NCBI GenBank assembly: GCA_052279835.1
Contig: CP181291.1
Location: forward strand, 5,216,001 to 5,280,000
DNA length: 64,000 nucleotides
Reading direction: 5' to 3'
Origin: Microcoleus sp.
GTDB lineage: Bacteria; Cyanobacteriota; Cyanobacteriia; Cyanobacteriales; Microcoleaceae
The notes below the pieces were generated by a model that searched no databases, was not told the origin of the DNA, and saw nothing but the letters and a program-made list of their open reading frames with translations. Each line of letters starts with the position of its first letter. Within the stretch, counting starts at the first letter, position 1. The position numbers and the translations under genes are program-made. Below, piece after piece: positions 1 through 10,949 of the stretch.

Positions 1-2
1 CA

Positions 3-1196
3 ATGTTAGAAGAGTACAAAGCTCCTTTTAAACTCCAAATAATTGAGGCAAATTGCCGCAGTGTGGGTATGTCTCGCAATGTGGGAGCAGCGGAGGCTAC
101 TGGACAAATGTTGCTGTTTCTCGACGATGATATCGAACCAACTCCCTGTTTAGTGGAAAACCATTTGCGGGTTCATCGAGAACATCCGGGCTGTGCTGCG
201 ATCGGTCCTTATCCGCCAAAGTTACGCTCCAGGACTAAGTTTTTTGAGATAGAAGTGCGGACTTGGTGGGAGGAAAAATTTTACCAGATGAGCAAGCCTG
301 CTCACCGTTATAGTTATCAAGATTTGCTTTGCGGCAATCTTTCTATTGAGACTAAACTGTTTGCTAGCACTGGAGGTTTTGATTCTGCCTTTGGTCCTGG
401 TACTGCTTATGAAGATTATGAATTTGCCTTGCGCTTGCTCAAGGTAAATGTGCCTTTTGTGGCAGCTCCGGATGCTGTTGGCTATCATTATGAACATGAA
501 ACTAATAATCTAGATCGCTCTTTTGGTCGTGCTCGTGCGGAAGGGCGATCGGATGTTTTGATCGGTGAGCGACACCCAGAAATCAAACCCTTTCTACACA
601 TCAAGGACTATGACACTCCTGATGCGTTGGTAGATAAAATTTTGGTGGCGATGGTGTTTCTATGGCCAGCCGGCTTAGATTTGTTGACTATCGGACTCAG
701 AAAATCCCTTGACTGGCTGGAATACCTGGGGATGCGGGGTAGTTGGCGGTGGCTGCGGACAAGACTACTGGCTTACTCCTATTTGCGGGGGGTGATGGAT
801 AGTTTGCCAACGCGATCGGCTGTGGCGAGTTTTATGCAATCAGGAACGGCTAGCGCGGCTGTCAGGGCACAGGAAATTGAAATTGACTTGCAGGAAGGTT
901 GGTTGGAGGCAGAGCGAATCATTGACGAAAAACGACCGGATGGGGTTCACCTGCGTTACGGTGAAATTCCGGTGGGTCACATCGCCCCGAAAGTTGGTAT
1001 GGAACCACTAAGAGGGGTTCACTTGCGTCCAATTTTGGCAAATACGATGTGGGAGGAATTGCTAGGGGCGATCGCCCTTAAGGGTATGCCGAAAAGTGCG
1101 GTCCTGAATGGGTCGAGTTTAGTTGACAAATGCCTACTTCAACATCTACAGTTATCTATAGTATTGGACAAAAAAATCAGCGATCGTCCTTCCTAG
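3..1196 (+). CDS. Glycosyltransferase family 2 (5' truncated by window edge)
   Basis: GT-A motifs SRNVGA, LLFLDDD (DxD), GGFD...YEDYE; adjacent to ABC-2 exporter. Confidence 0.85.
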   Translation: MLEEYKAPFKLQIIEANCRSVGMSRNVGAAEATGQMLLFLDDDIEPTPCLVENHLRVHREHPGCAAIGPYPPKLRSRTKFFEIEVRTWWEEKFYQMSKPAHRYSYQDLLCGNLSIETKLFASTGGFDSAFGPGTAYEDYEFALRLLKVNVPFVAAPDAVGYHYEHETNNLDRSFGRARAEGRSDVLIGERHPEIKPFLHIKDYDTPDALVDKILVAMVFLWPAGLDLLTIGLRKSLDWLEYLGMRGSWRWLRTRLLAYSYLRGVMDSLPTRSAVASFMQSGTASAAVRAQEIEIDLQEGWLEAERIIDEKRPDGVHLRYGEIPVGHIAPKVGMEPLRGVHLRPILANTMWEELLGAIALKGMPKSAVLNGSSLVDKCLLQHLQLSIVLDKKISDRPS

Positions 1197-1464
1197 AAAG
1201 CAGCTACAGGGAGAAACCTGGTTTGTGAAGACAATATTATATTTAAATATTTAATACTGGCAAAAACCAGATTGATTTGGAAATCCTGCTTAATTCTTAT
1301 GATTTTAATCAAGATGAATCGGTCGTTAAATAATTAGGAATCAACCATGGTAATTAGGAAACTAAAACTGATGGGAGTCGATTTTTTACAATCAACGGTT
1401 GAGCCAGCGAATCAGGTGCAGATTGAGTGGGTGGAGAGTACGCAACCAGAACTTGAAATAATGG

Positions 1465-2268
1465 GTGGGGTATGCTGTGAAAAATAGGGTAAATGTGGGG
1501 AACATTCGCAAAATCATTCATTTCTTTGATTTGCTGCGGGTGTTGGTCGATCGAGATATGAAATTACTTTACAAGCGATCGTCTTTAGGTATTGCTTGGA
1601 CTTTAATCAGTCCGCTGTTACAGTTAGCTGTATTTTCCTTTGTATTTCGCTCCGTAATACCGATTAATGTTTCTAAGTTCTCTTCCTTTGCGTTCAGCGG
1701 TTTGTTAATATGGACTTGGAGTCAGACAGCGCTATTCAAATCGACGGCACTGATTACCAACAACCGCGCTTTAATTAGACAGCCAAATTTTCCCACAGAA
1801 ATTTTACCATTGGTGACAACAACCACGGGGTTAATTCATTTTTTGCTGGCGCTACCGGTGCTAATTATCTTTCTGGCTGTTGATGGCGTGCGGCCCAGTT
1901 ATGTACTGCTGATTTTACCGCTATTGATGTTTATTCAGTTTATTTTGACGGTGAGTTTTGCTTATCCACTGGCTGCGTTGAATGTGACGTTTCGTGATAC
2001 TCAACACACTTTGGGTGTGCTTTTACAGATGTTCTTTTACCTGACTCCGATTTTTTACGACCTCAGCAGCGTCCCGGAAGCATATCGTGCATTCTATCAG
2101 TTAAATCCCATGGTGCCTTTGATGCAAGCTTACCGCGATGTACTGTTGAGAGGTATTCAGCCGGATTGGCTAGCACTGTTAATTGTCAGCGCTGTTGTGG
2201 CTGCTCTTTTTCCGATCGGGTTGGGGATTTTTCGACGCCAAAGCGATCGTTTTGTGGAGGAATTGTAA
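1465..2268 (+). CDS. wzm: ABC-2 polysaccharide export permease (Wzm-like); start uncertain, possibly 1347 with a +1 G at 1467-1470
   Basis: YKRSSLGIAWTLISPLL, FYLTPIFY, LNPM motifs; multiple TM helices; abuts ATPase gene. Confidence 0.88.
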   Translation: MGYAVKNRVNVGNIRKIIHFFDLLRVLVDRDMKLLYKRSSLGIAWTLISPLLQLAVFSFVFRSVIPINVSKFSSFAFSGLLIWTWSQTALFKSTALITNNRALIRQPNFPTEILPLVTTTTGLIHFLLALPVLIIFLAVDGVRPSYVLLILPLLMFIQFILTVSFAYPLAALNVTFRDTQHTLGVLLQMFFYLTPIFYDLSSVPEAYRAFYQLNPMVPLMQAYRDVLLRGIQPDWLALLIVSAVVAALFPIGLGIFRRQSDRFVEEL

Positions 2269-4341
2269 ATGCGTCCAGCTATTGTTGTTAAGGGTTTGGG
2301 GAAACGTTTTAACCGCTACAGTGCCGATCGACCTTTTACTATTATGGAGGCCGCTTTGTGGGGATGGTGGCGGATGAAACCCCAGGCTCATTTTTGGGCG
2401 CTGCGCGATGTGAGTTTTACGGTTTCTCCTGGGGAAATGCTGGGAATTATTGGCAAAAATGGGGCCGGAAAATCGACACTATTACAACTTGTTGGCGGTA
2501 TTGGCTGCGCTGAGGAAGGGACTATTGAGGTTAATGGCAGAATTGGTGGTTTGTTGGATTTGGGTGCGGGTTTTCATTTGGATTTAACTGGTAGAGAAAA
2601 TGTGTTTGTGGGTGCGGTGGTGGCTGGTTTGACTCACAAAGAAGCGGGGCGTCGGTTTGATGATATTGTTGAATTTGCGGAGTTGGAAAAGTTTATTGAT
2701 AGCCCCATGCGGACTTACAGTACGGGGATGCAAATGCGGCTGGCTTTTTCGGTGGCGGTTCACACCGATCCAGAAGTGCTTTTAGTAGATGAACATTTGT
2801 CGGTTGGGGATGTGGCTTTTCAAACTAAATGTTTGAATAAGATTAATGATTTTAAGAGTCAAGGTTGTGCGATTGTTTTGATTTCTCACATGGCTGAGCA
2901 AATTCAGAAAATGTGCGATCGGGCTTTGTGGTTGCGATCGGGTACAATCATGGCTTACGGGGAGACTGAAGCCGTAATCAGTCAGTATTTGGGAGAAATG
3001 GGTTCGGAAACTGAAATACTTAATCCCCTGATTCTTCCTCAAGTAACAAGTACCGTTTCTCCACAGCGAGTTAATCAACATTGCTTCGGTTCTTTAGGTG
3101 TCAAAATTACGGATGTTAAAGTGTTACCGGATGGAGAAATTGAGAGTGGCGATTCTGTAACTATTGAGATTGATTATGCGGTGGTCAAGTCAATTTTTGG
3201 TGTGATATTTGGGGTGACAATTAGCCGGAAAGACGGTCAAATTTGTTTGGATATTAAAACCAATAAAATCGGTCAATTGCTACCGCTGGCTCAGGGTGAG
3301 GGCAAAATTAGGCTGTATTTAGATAGATTAGATTTGGGGAATGGTCAATATTATGTAAATGTTGGGGTTTATGAAAAAACCTTGGCTTATACTTATGATT
3401 ATCGCCATCAAGTTGCTCCGTTGTATGTGCGATCGCCTTTACGTCAAAACACGATTCTTTGTCCTCCTTACCGCTGGGAGTGGGATGGTCAAATCGAGAG
3501 CGCCCAATTACCAAATAAAGTTGAACAAACTCACCCTATTAATAAAAACAATCCGAATTATGCCACAATTTTGACTCAGTTGCAAGAGCAGAGTAAGCCT
3601 AATTTTTTACTGTTGGGTTCTCCACAATGCGGTATTGAGGGTTTGTATCGATATCTGGAAAATTCCTTGCAAATTATTCAAGCAGGTGCTAGGAAAGTTC
3701 ACTTTTTTGACTTAAATTACGATCGCGGTGTCGAGTGGTATAGCCAGCAGTTGACTCTGGGTGTGGCGGGAGATACAGTGCTGCGCTGGGAGATGACACC
3801 TGAGTATATGGATCATCCTTTGGTGGCGGAACGGGTTTATAAGTGTTTCCCTGATGTGAAATTAATTATGATGCTCAGAAATCCCGTGCAAAGAGCATGG
3901 GTACACTATAATTTAGAAGTGGCGATGGGTTGTGAAGAGTTCGATGTTACAAAGGCGATCGCCTCTGAGTGCGATCGGCTAGCAGGTGAAATTGAGAAAA
4001 TTCGCTCTCATCAAAATTACCACAGTTTTAATCACCAGCACTACTCCTATTTGTCGCGGGGTATTTATGTGGAACAAATCAAGAATTGGCTGGACTATTT
4101 CCCAAGAGAACAGTTGTTGATTTTGAAGAGTGAGGATTTTCAGGAAAATCCTGGTAAGGTATTTTCTAAGGTGTGGGATTTCTTGGATATTAGCGCTAGT
4201 GCTGTCAAGGAATACGAGATTAATATTATTGAGGATTATAGTAAAATTCCGGAGGCGATGGAAGATAAGTTAATCGGTTATTTTAAGCCTTATAATCAGC
4301 AGTTGTCTGATTTGTTGAAAGAGGATTTTAGTTGGAGTTAG
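2269..4341 (+). CDS. wzt: Wzt-like ABC ATPase with Wzt C-terminal domain, fused to a degenerate sulfotransferase domain
   Basis: Walker A GKNGAGKST, YSTGMQMRLAF signature, LLVDE Walker B; C-terminal HFFD, LRNPVQRA, YLSRGIY sulfotransferase-family motifs. Confidence 0.88.
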   Translation: MRPAIVVKGLGKRFNRYSADRPFTIMEAALWGWWRMKPQAHFWALRDVSFTVSPGEMLGIIGKNGAGKSTLLQLVGGIGCAEEGTIEVNGRIGGLLDLGAGFHLDLTGRENVFVGAVVAGLTHKEAGRRFDDIVEFAELEKFIDSPMRTYSTGMQMRLAFSVAVHTDPEVLLVDEHLSVGDVAFQTKCLNKINDFKSQGCAIVLISHMAEQIQKMCDRALWLRSGTIMAYGETEAVISQYLGEMGSETEILNPLILPQVTSTVSPQRVNQHCFGSLGVKITDVKVLPDGEIESGDSVTIEIDYAVVKSIFGVIFGVTISRKDGQICLDIKTNKIGQLLPLAQGEGKIRLYLDRLDLGNGQYYVNVGVYEKTLAYTYDYRHQVAPLYVRSPLRQNTILCPPYRWEWDGQIESAQLPNKVEQTHPINKNNPNYATILTQLQEQSKPNFLLLGSPQCGIEGLYRYLENSLQIIQAGARKVHFFDLNYDRGVEWYSQQLTLGVAGDTVLRWEMTPEYMDHPLVAERVYKCFPDVKLIMMLRNPVQRAWVHYNLEVAMGCEEFDVTKAIASECDRLAGEIEKIRSHQNYHSFNHQHYSYLSRGIYVEQIKNWLDYFPREQLLILKSEDFQENPGKVFSKVWDFLDISASAVKEYEINIIEDYSKIPEAMEDKLIGYFKPYNQQLSDLLKEDFSWS

Positions 4342-4343
4342 GG

Positions 4344-4656
4344 AAAGAGTTTTTTACCGCAGAGAGCGCAGAGAGCGCAGAGAGTGCTAAAAGGAACATA
4401 AATCATAGCTCTTTCTTCTCTTCCTCTGTGTCCCTCTGCGCTCTAGTAAGGTTAATTTAAAAAATCTTATTCACCAACAATTTATCAAGTATCAACATGA
4501 AAAGAGTTTTTTACCGCAGAGAGCGCAGAGAGCGCAGAGAGTGCTGAAAGGAACATGAATCATAGCTCTTTCTTCTCTTCCTCTGTGTCCTCTGCGCTCT
4601 AGTAAGGTTAATTCAAAAAATCTTATTCACCAACAATTTATCAAGTATCAACATGA
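4344..4656. repeat. Tandem duplication of a ~157-bp intergenic unit containing GCAGAGAGC 9-mers and the next gene's ATG
   Basis: 4344-4500 and 4501-4656 near-identical on direct reading. Confidence 0.95.
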
Positions 4657-7064
4657 AACGGATATTTTTAGTAGGTGCCCCCAGAAGCGGTACAACACTG
4701 CTTCAGAGTTTGTTGGCTGCTCATCCAGAAATTATTTCTTTTCCAGAATCTAAGTTTTTTCAGTATTTACTGTATAATAAGTTTGTTAAAAAGTTTCCCG
4801 CTCGACTCTCAACTTTTTTTAAGGATGAAATTAATCGTCCTGAGTTTTTGGAGAATTTTGATAACAGCCAATCTACGGAACATAAAGTTAGTTGGTTTGT
4901 CGGAGTTTTAGATAGTTTGGCTGCGGAAAAGCAGAAAAGCATTTGGTTGGAAAAAACACCGGAACATCTATATTTCATTAAAGATATAGAACGATTTTTA
5001 CCTGATGCTAAGTTTATCTATATCTGGCGCAATCCTATGGATACCATAGCTTCTCTCCATGAAGTTACTAGGATTTCCCCGGAATTGTGGGGCGATGGCT
5101 GGGATTTAGACCATTGTATTAAACGTTGGCAAGAGGGGGTGTTAACTAGCTACAGTCATGTTCACAAGTCTAATCATAAACTGGTAAAGTATGAAAAATT
5201 GTTAGAGGATAAAACTCAGTTTTTAGCGGAAATATGTGATTTTCTGGAGATTGATTATGATAGTAAAATGCTGGTAAATTATAAAGCCAAAGCTGCTAAT
5301 TTGAGCTTGAATTTACCTTGGCATACGGGACTTGCCAAAGATATTGAAAGCAGTAAAGTTTATAAGTATCATAGTTGTTTTAACAGCCGGGAAATTCAAT
5401 ATATTTTAGATAAAATCAAGGGTGTAAATTCGGAAATTGGTTATCGGGTTAAGGTGGAGGTGACTGAACCTATTTCAGATATTGAGATTCCGCAAATATT
5501 CGATCGCCTTTACTGCACTGTCCAGCTAGAAGGTGTTAAACTGGGAATTGTTGAATTGCCAGTCTGTGACGGGATGGTGGCTGGCGCGGTTTTGGCAGAT
5601 GCGATCGCAGCTAAGTTTGCTTGGCCAATTCTCCAACGCTTTTTTCAGTATAGAACCTGGGAAAGTATACGTCAATTATCGGAAAGTTCTCTGAGTAAAT
5701 TGCATATAAAAATTGAATGGAATGATTTTTTACAGGAGATATGGGATGGTTTTGATGATGATTCTAATCCTCAGTTAAGGAGGAATGAATTATCAATTAT
5801 TAGTCATAATCAAGACTTGATGGTGGTGGAAGTTAGCGAAGAATTGCCCAATATTCAAGTTGATTTTTCGGAAATTGATGTGTTGGTGAAAGTCGGCGGT
5901 GTTCCGATTGGGATTGTCACAGTTGCGGTTGAACATAATTTGGTTTCTGCGGAAAAATTGCGATCGGCAATTACTCAATATACCAATTTTGAATTGTGTG
6001 TCGCTGCTGTGCGGGAGGCTTTGTTGGGAAAACCGCTAAACGGTAAGATGTCGCTAAGATCGCATTTAGCCTTGTCTGCTCAAAAAATGGCGAATGACCC
6101 CGACAGCTTGAATGCAGAGGGTTCTGGCAGTATTTACCCACAGGATGCGGTGATATTTGGCAGGCATCAGGGGGCGATCGGAACCAGTGTTAGTCGTCGG
6201 GCCACACTACCAGTGGCGGCGCTGCGGGAATTAGCAGAAGCGGCGGAAATTGCGGGGGAAAATATAATTCAAATCCCCTTAGAAAAAGACTTTCCCAAAC
6301 AAATAATTTACGCACCGGAAATACTCGATCGAAATCCCAGCGAGGGAGAAGTTTCTAAATCCGTTAAACCTCAATTTTTTAACAAAAATAGTGTTACTCA
6401 ACAACTGCCAATCTTTGCATACCGCCGGATTTCTCCCGACGGTTTCAATGCAGTGACTCCCCAGGGTTTTGCACAACAGTTGCAGAGGCTTAAAAAGCAA
6501 GGTTATTATAGTGTGAGTTGGGAAAACTGGCAAAGTGCAAAACTAACTAAAACTGCTTTACCTGGTAAACCTGTCTTGCTGACTTTTGACGGTGGCTATC
6601 TCGACTTTTTGGAATATGCTTTCCCTCTGCTACAACAGTTTGACTTTACCGCAACGGTGTTTGTAGTAACAGAGTCCATAGGTAAGACAAATAGTTGGGA
6701 AAAAGCAGATTCGCCAGCAGTGCAATTAATGGGATGGCCAGAAATTAGACAACTGCGGGATGCTGGGATAGAGATTGGTTCCATGTCTGCTACTTATCAA
6801 CCTCTGACTGGTTTGTCACCCACAGAAATCGTGCGGGAAGCGGCAAAATCTCGTGCTATTTTGGAAGGCGGATTGGGGAAACCTGTCAAATGTTTTGCTT
6901 ATCCCTACGGGAGTGTGGATCAAATTATGGAGCATTTAATAGGAGCTATAGGCTATACTTTTGGTGTAGGTTACGGCTCAAGATTTAGTAGTTTTGCCGA
7001 TTCTTTATTGTCGCTTCCTCGGATGCAAGTTACCGCAGCTAATTGGGGAAAATTAGGTTGGTAA
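4653..7064 (+). CDS. Sulfotransferase fused to a degenerate NodB-type polysaccharide deacetylase domain
   Basis: Intact PAPS loop GAPRSGTTLL, EKTPEH, WRNPMD; C-terminal TFDGGY...FAYPYG deacetylase fold motifs. Confidence 0.85.
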   Translation: MKRIFLVGAPRSGTTLLQSLLAAHPEIISFPESKFFQYLLYNKFVKKFPARLSTFFKDEINRPEFLENFDNSQSTEHKVSWFVGVLDSLAAEKQKSIWLEKTPEHLYFIKDIERFLPDAKFIYIWRNPMDTIASLHEVTRISPELWGDGWDLDHCIKRWQEGVLTSYSHVHKSNHKLVKYEKLLEDKTQFLAEICDFLEIDYDSKMLVNYKAKAANLSLNLPWHTGLAKDIESSKVYKYHSCFNSREIQYILDKIKGVNSEIGYRVKVEVTEPISDIEIPQIFDRLYCTVQLEGVKLGIVELPVCDGMVAGAVLADAIAAKFAWPILQRFFQYRTWESIRQLSESSLSKLHIKIEWNDFLQEIWDGFDDDSNPQLRRNELSIISHNQDLMVVEVSEELPNIQVDFSEIDVLVKVGGVPIGIVTVAVEHNLVSAEKLRSAITQYTNFELCVAAVREALLGKPLNGKMSLRSHLALSAQKMANDPDSLNAEGSGSIYPQDAVIFGRHQGAIGTSVSRRATLPVAALRELAEAAEIAGENIIQIPLEKDFPKQIIYAPEILDRNPSEGEVSKSVKPQFFNKNSVTQQLPIFAYRRISPDGFNAVTPQGFAQQLQRLKKQGYYSVSWENWQSAKLTKTALPGKPVLLTFDGGYLDFLEYAFPLLQQFDFTATVFVVTESIGKTNSWEKADSPAVQLMGWPEIRQLRDAGIEIGSMSATYQPLTGLSPTEIVREAAKSRAILEGGLGKPVKCFAYPYGSVDQIMEHLIGAIGYTFGVGYGSRFSSFADSLLSLPRMQVTAANWGKLGW

Positions 7065-7091
7065 CACAAATTCCTAATCTTAATCGGGGTT

Positions 7092-8313
7092 TCAACCTCT
7101 GAGACGCTGAATAAAACCCTTTATTTTCCTTTTTAAATAACCAGCCAGTCCCTCTAGAAATTATCTCAAATTTGTAATCAAAGACAATATCCATCACCTC
7201 TTCAGTTTTCATGTACTTCAAATAAGAAATTATTTTTTCAGTCAGTACATCATTCACATCATCGATATACTTTCTCACCGCCAATCTTTCTGAAAGATGC
7301 CATTTTTTATCAAATTTGCGGTGCATTTCTCTTTCATAATCCCGAAAACTTGAAATTTGGCCGTCCAAATATTTTGCAATATATTTAGCTGCTATTTCTG
7401 CACCATCCATCCCGTGTCTAATTCCTTCGCCGCCGAGAAAGTTAACGGTAGAAACAGCATCGCCGATCGCAATTATATTATCCTGATAATAAATATCCTT
7501 CAAACCCTGACTATATTTAAGCGTGGAACCATGTTTGTCAATAATTTGATAATTTTTCGACTTCAGATACTCATCAATCAGTAAATCTATATATTTTTTC
7601 AGCGGTGACAAATGCTTAACTGTTTTGGGATCTAAAAAAACCCTGGCAGTACCAACTTTCAGCCGATTTTGTTCCATGGGAAAAATCCAAGAATAACCTT
7701 TGGGCATCCATTTATCGCCCAAAAAAAAGATTAAATCCCCATCGTATTTATTGTAAATTTCTGGTTCTACTTCAATTAGATATTCGATGCCAGTTCCAGA
7801 TAAAAAATCCGGTTTATCATTTTCTTTTTCATACATAACCGCCCTAGCAAAACCCGTCGCATCAACCAATAGTTTAGTGCTAACTTGGATAAGTTTACCA
7901 TCGGATAGCTGTTTAAATTCAACGATGGTTTCGCCGTTGGCTTGTGAGTGTTTGATGTAGCGATAACCAAGCCAAACTTCACTTCCATGTTGCTGAACTT
8001 CGGTGGCGAGAAATTCTCTAAATTTAGCAAAGTTTAACACAACTCCTAAGCTTTTAGGAGATTCCCAAGTTTGACTGACTTTGCTAGTTTGAATAGTAAT
8101 TCTTTGCCAAAAACTGCCGATTACCGATTCGGGTAAATCAAATTTTGAGAGGGTTTCTAGAGGCGTAGCGGCGCTGGAAAAGTCATTTTTATTAAAATTA
8201 TCGTTTTGCTCTGCAAGTAAGACTTGGCGACCGGATTTGGCGAGAATTCTAGCACAGTGGCCGCCTGCGGGGCCTGCTCCTACTATTACTATGTCAAAAT
8301 TTTTTAAAGTCAT
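7092..8313 (-). CDS. FAD-dependent oxidoreductase, geranylgeranyl reductase family; probable +1 frameshift at 7150-7152
   Basis: IVIVGAGPAG, DATG, GYSWIFP, IGDA...GGEGI; removing one G gives ...ISRGLAGYLKRKIKGFIQRLRG* and removes the overlap with the convergent gene. Confidence 0.8.
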
Positions 8314-8593
8314 CTTCTTCCTTTCAATGTCAAAACACCTGCCGAAATATCAACTACTAAGCATTGAATTTCGGGTAACAATCTTCCCCGCCTTAGAGTG
8401 CTATTTGGTTGTAGATCGGTCAGGGTTTTTTCTCCCTTATGCTCGCTTTTCTCTATCGTATTGTACCACAATCTCCGGTGCGATCGCTCCCAAAAACTTA
8501 CAATTTAGCTTTGAGGTATGGTTGGCGGGCTATCTAGGCAAATACAATATCATTTCGATACAGAAAATATTCTCCCCAGGGAGTAAGTTTTGG

Positions 8594-10258
8594 TTAAGCA
8601 CACCGTTTCAGATAGCTTTGGGCAACACAATCGCTCGGATTTCTTTCTAAACACATAGCGAACAGAAACTTTGCCTCCTCGATCGAGCCTTCATAGTAGC
8701 GAATTAAAGCTAATTCAAAAATCGGTTTCGTTTCCAATTTAGCTTGTTTTTGGGCGGGAGGATCGGCTTCAAATACCTCAAATACCCCCACTTTTTGAGC
8801 TTTTCCCCGAACTTGCACCTGAGCAACAAAGCGCAGGGCATACTTCATCGGTTCTTTAAGTCCAGCTAAGGTGGTGTGGGAAATCAAAAACGGAACTTGG
8901 TAGACTTTTGTTAACTGTTGGAGGCGCGAACCGAGATTAACTGCATCGCCAATGACAGTGGTATCGATGCGAAAGTTACCGCCTACTGTTCCCAGCCTCA
9001 AATTTCCTGTATTGATACCAATGCCAATTTCTATGGGTTGGCGATCGCGGTGTTGTCGGCCCAGGTTGTATTCAGCGAGGATTTTTAACATCGTAACTCC
9101 AGCATTTACTGCCATATCGGCGCTCACTTCAAACAGTGCCATGATTTCATCACCAATATATTTATCAATAAAACCACTATTTTCAATAATTGCAGGTTCC
9201 ATGCGCCGGAGATAGCCATTGATAAACTTAAACGTATCTTCTGCGGTCATTTGCTCCGAATGGGTTGTGAAAGCACGGATATCGGCAAACAAAACCGACA
9301 GTTTTTTCTCAATAGATTCTCCCAGTTGAACTTCGGTGATATTTTTTCGAGCCAAAAATTGCAAAAATTGACGGGGAACAAATCGGGAAAAAGCTTCATT
9401 AAGTTTGCCCAATTCTTCGGTAAACTGTTCTCGTTCGACTTCAGCTTGTTTGCGCTCGCTGATATCATGGAAAGCCGCGATCGCCTGAGAAATTTCGCTC
9501 TTTTTATCCCGAATGGGTGTAGCCGAGACTTCTAAAGGAACGATCCGATCGGAGTAATGAATTTCGAGATCTTCAGCACGAACTGTTTCCCCAGCCAGAG
9601 CACGCACGATCGGCGATTTCTGTGCTGGATATAATTCATCAGTTCCTGCCTGATAAACTTTGAAATCCGCTGAAATTTGCTCGACTTTAGTTTCAGGTAA
9701 GATTTGTAGCTGGAGTAATTCCTTGGCTTTGTGATTGGCATAAGTTATTTTTCCGGCATTATCGTGAACTGTAACACCAATGGGCATTGCTTCTAAAATC
9801 TGACTCAAGCGGCGTTCATTTTCTCGCAGTTGAGCATTTTGTTCTTCGAGTTTTTTGATTTGCCAATACTTGCTGAGGGCTTCTTTAACCGTCAGATGGA
9901 GATCCGTAGCATCCCAGGGTTTGGCAATATAACGGTAGAGATTAGCTGAATTCACAGCATTGCCCACGGCATCGGCTGCGGCTTGACCGGTGAGCATAAT
10001 CTTCAGTGTATTGGGATATTGGGCATGAATCTGACAGAGGAGTTCGTCGCCTTTGATTCCCGGCATCAGATAGTCAGAAATAACCGCAGCAGTTTCGATA
10101 CCTTCGGCATCCAATTCTTCGATAAGTTCTAGGGCTTCTTCACCGCTTTGGGCCGCTTCAATCTGGTAATCTTGACCAAAGTTTCTTTGTAATTCCTCAG
10201 CTAGACCTTCCAACATCATCGGTTCGTCATCTACCAGAATAATCGCTAGTTCGTTCAT
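8594..10258 (-). CDS. REC-PAS class III adenylate cyclase
   Basis: REC (LVDDE, SDYLMPG, KPW), PAS, cyclase FADIRAFT / DKYIGDE / TVIGDAVNLGSRL; ATG overlaps upstream stop. Confidence 0.9.
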   Translation of the reverse strand: MNELAIILVDDEPMMLEGLAEELQRNFGQDYQIEAAQSGEEALELIEELDAEGIETAAVISDYLMPGIKGDELLCQIHAQYPNTLKIMLTGQAAADAVGNAVNSANLYRYIAKPWDATDLHLTVKEALSKYWQIKKLEEQNAQLRENERRLSQILEAMPIGVTVHDNAGKITYANHKAKELLQLQILPETKVEQISADFKVYQAGTDELYPAQKSPIVRALAGETVRAEDLEIHYSDRIVPLEVSATPIRDKKSEISQAIAAFHDISERKQAEVEREQFTEELGKLNEAFSRFVPRQFLQFLARKNITEVQLGESIEKKLSVLFADIRAFTTHSEQMTAEDTFKFINGYLRRMEPAIIENSGFIDKYIGDEIMALFEVSADMAVNAGVTMLKILAEYNLGRQHRDRQPIEIGIGINTGNLRLGTVGGNFRIDTTVIGDAVNLGSRLQQLTKVYQVPFLISHTTLAGLKEPMKYALRFVAQVQVRGKAQKVGVFEVFEADPPAQKQAKLETKPIFELALIRYYEGSIEEAKFLFAMCLERNPSDCVAQSYLKRCA

Positions 10259-10650
10259 GCTAATTTCAGGGCTGTTGTGATGGTTTCTAGCAATTCTTCT
10301 TGCCGCCACGGTTTATGAATGCAGCAGTACAGATTAGCTTCGCGCTTGGCTCGTTCAATAGCTTCGATATCGGCTTGTCCGGTTAACAGAATCTTGGTAA
10401 TATCGCCTAATTGCTGGTGGACTTGAACTAAAAACTCGTCTCCCCGCATTCCGGGCATCAACCAATCAGAGACAATCACAACAATCTTGACTCCCCCGTT
10501 AGTTAGCTCTTCAATAATTTCTAGAGCTTCTTCACCACTTTCGGCAGCTTCATACAGAAATTGCTCGCCAAAGTGGCGGCTAATTTGCTCTTGGAGAACT
10601 TCTAGGATCACTATTTCATCATCAACACATAGAATTGCTACTTCAGTCAT
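10255..10650 (-). CDS. Single-domain response regulator
   Basis: CVDDE, SDWLMPG, LLTG, KPW. Confidence 0.92.
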   Translation of the reverse strand: MTEVAILCVDDEIVILEVLQEQISRHFGEQFLYEAAESGEEALEIIEELTNGGVKIVVIVSDWLMPGMRGDEFLVQVHQQLGDITKILLTGQADIEAIERAKREANLYCCIHKPWRQEELLETITTALKLA

Positions 10651-10949
10651 ATTTTTATGGTTATGAAGTGGACGGTTGACAGTTGACAGTTGACCTGTGG
10701 TAGCGGCCCTGCCCCGTGTCCGCCCTGGCAGTAGGCAGTTGCAAATCAGCCCGCGTCAAGGCGATCTCGACTTACTTACGTTATCTTAACTGCTGAAAAT
10801 CGATGCCTCGGAAGATTTGTTATCAATTGTGCTTAAAAAGCATAATTATCGAGAGAGTGTTGGCAACGAATTTTCTAGTGTTTGATGACCTTCTTCACGC
10901 GCGTGTGACAGGGCTGGCAGTTGCAAATACAGCACTTTTTACCTACGTA

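Noticed and set aside
10734..10928. 13-bp direct repeat GGCAGTTGCAAAT as element boundary
   Set aside because: No inverted ends or recognisable coding content between the copies
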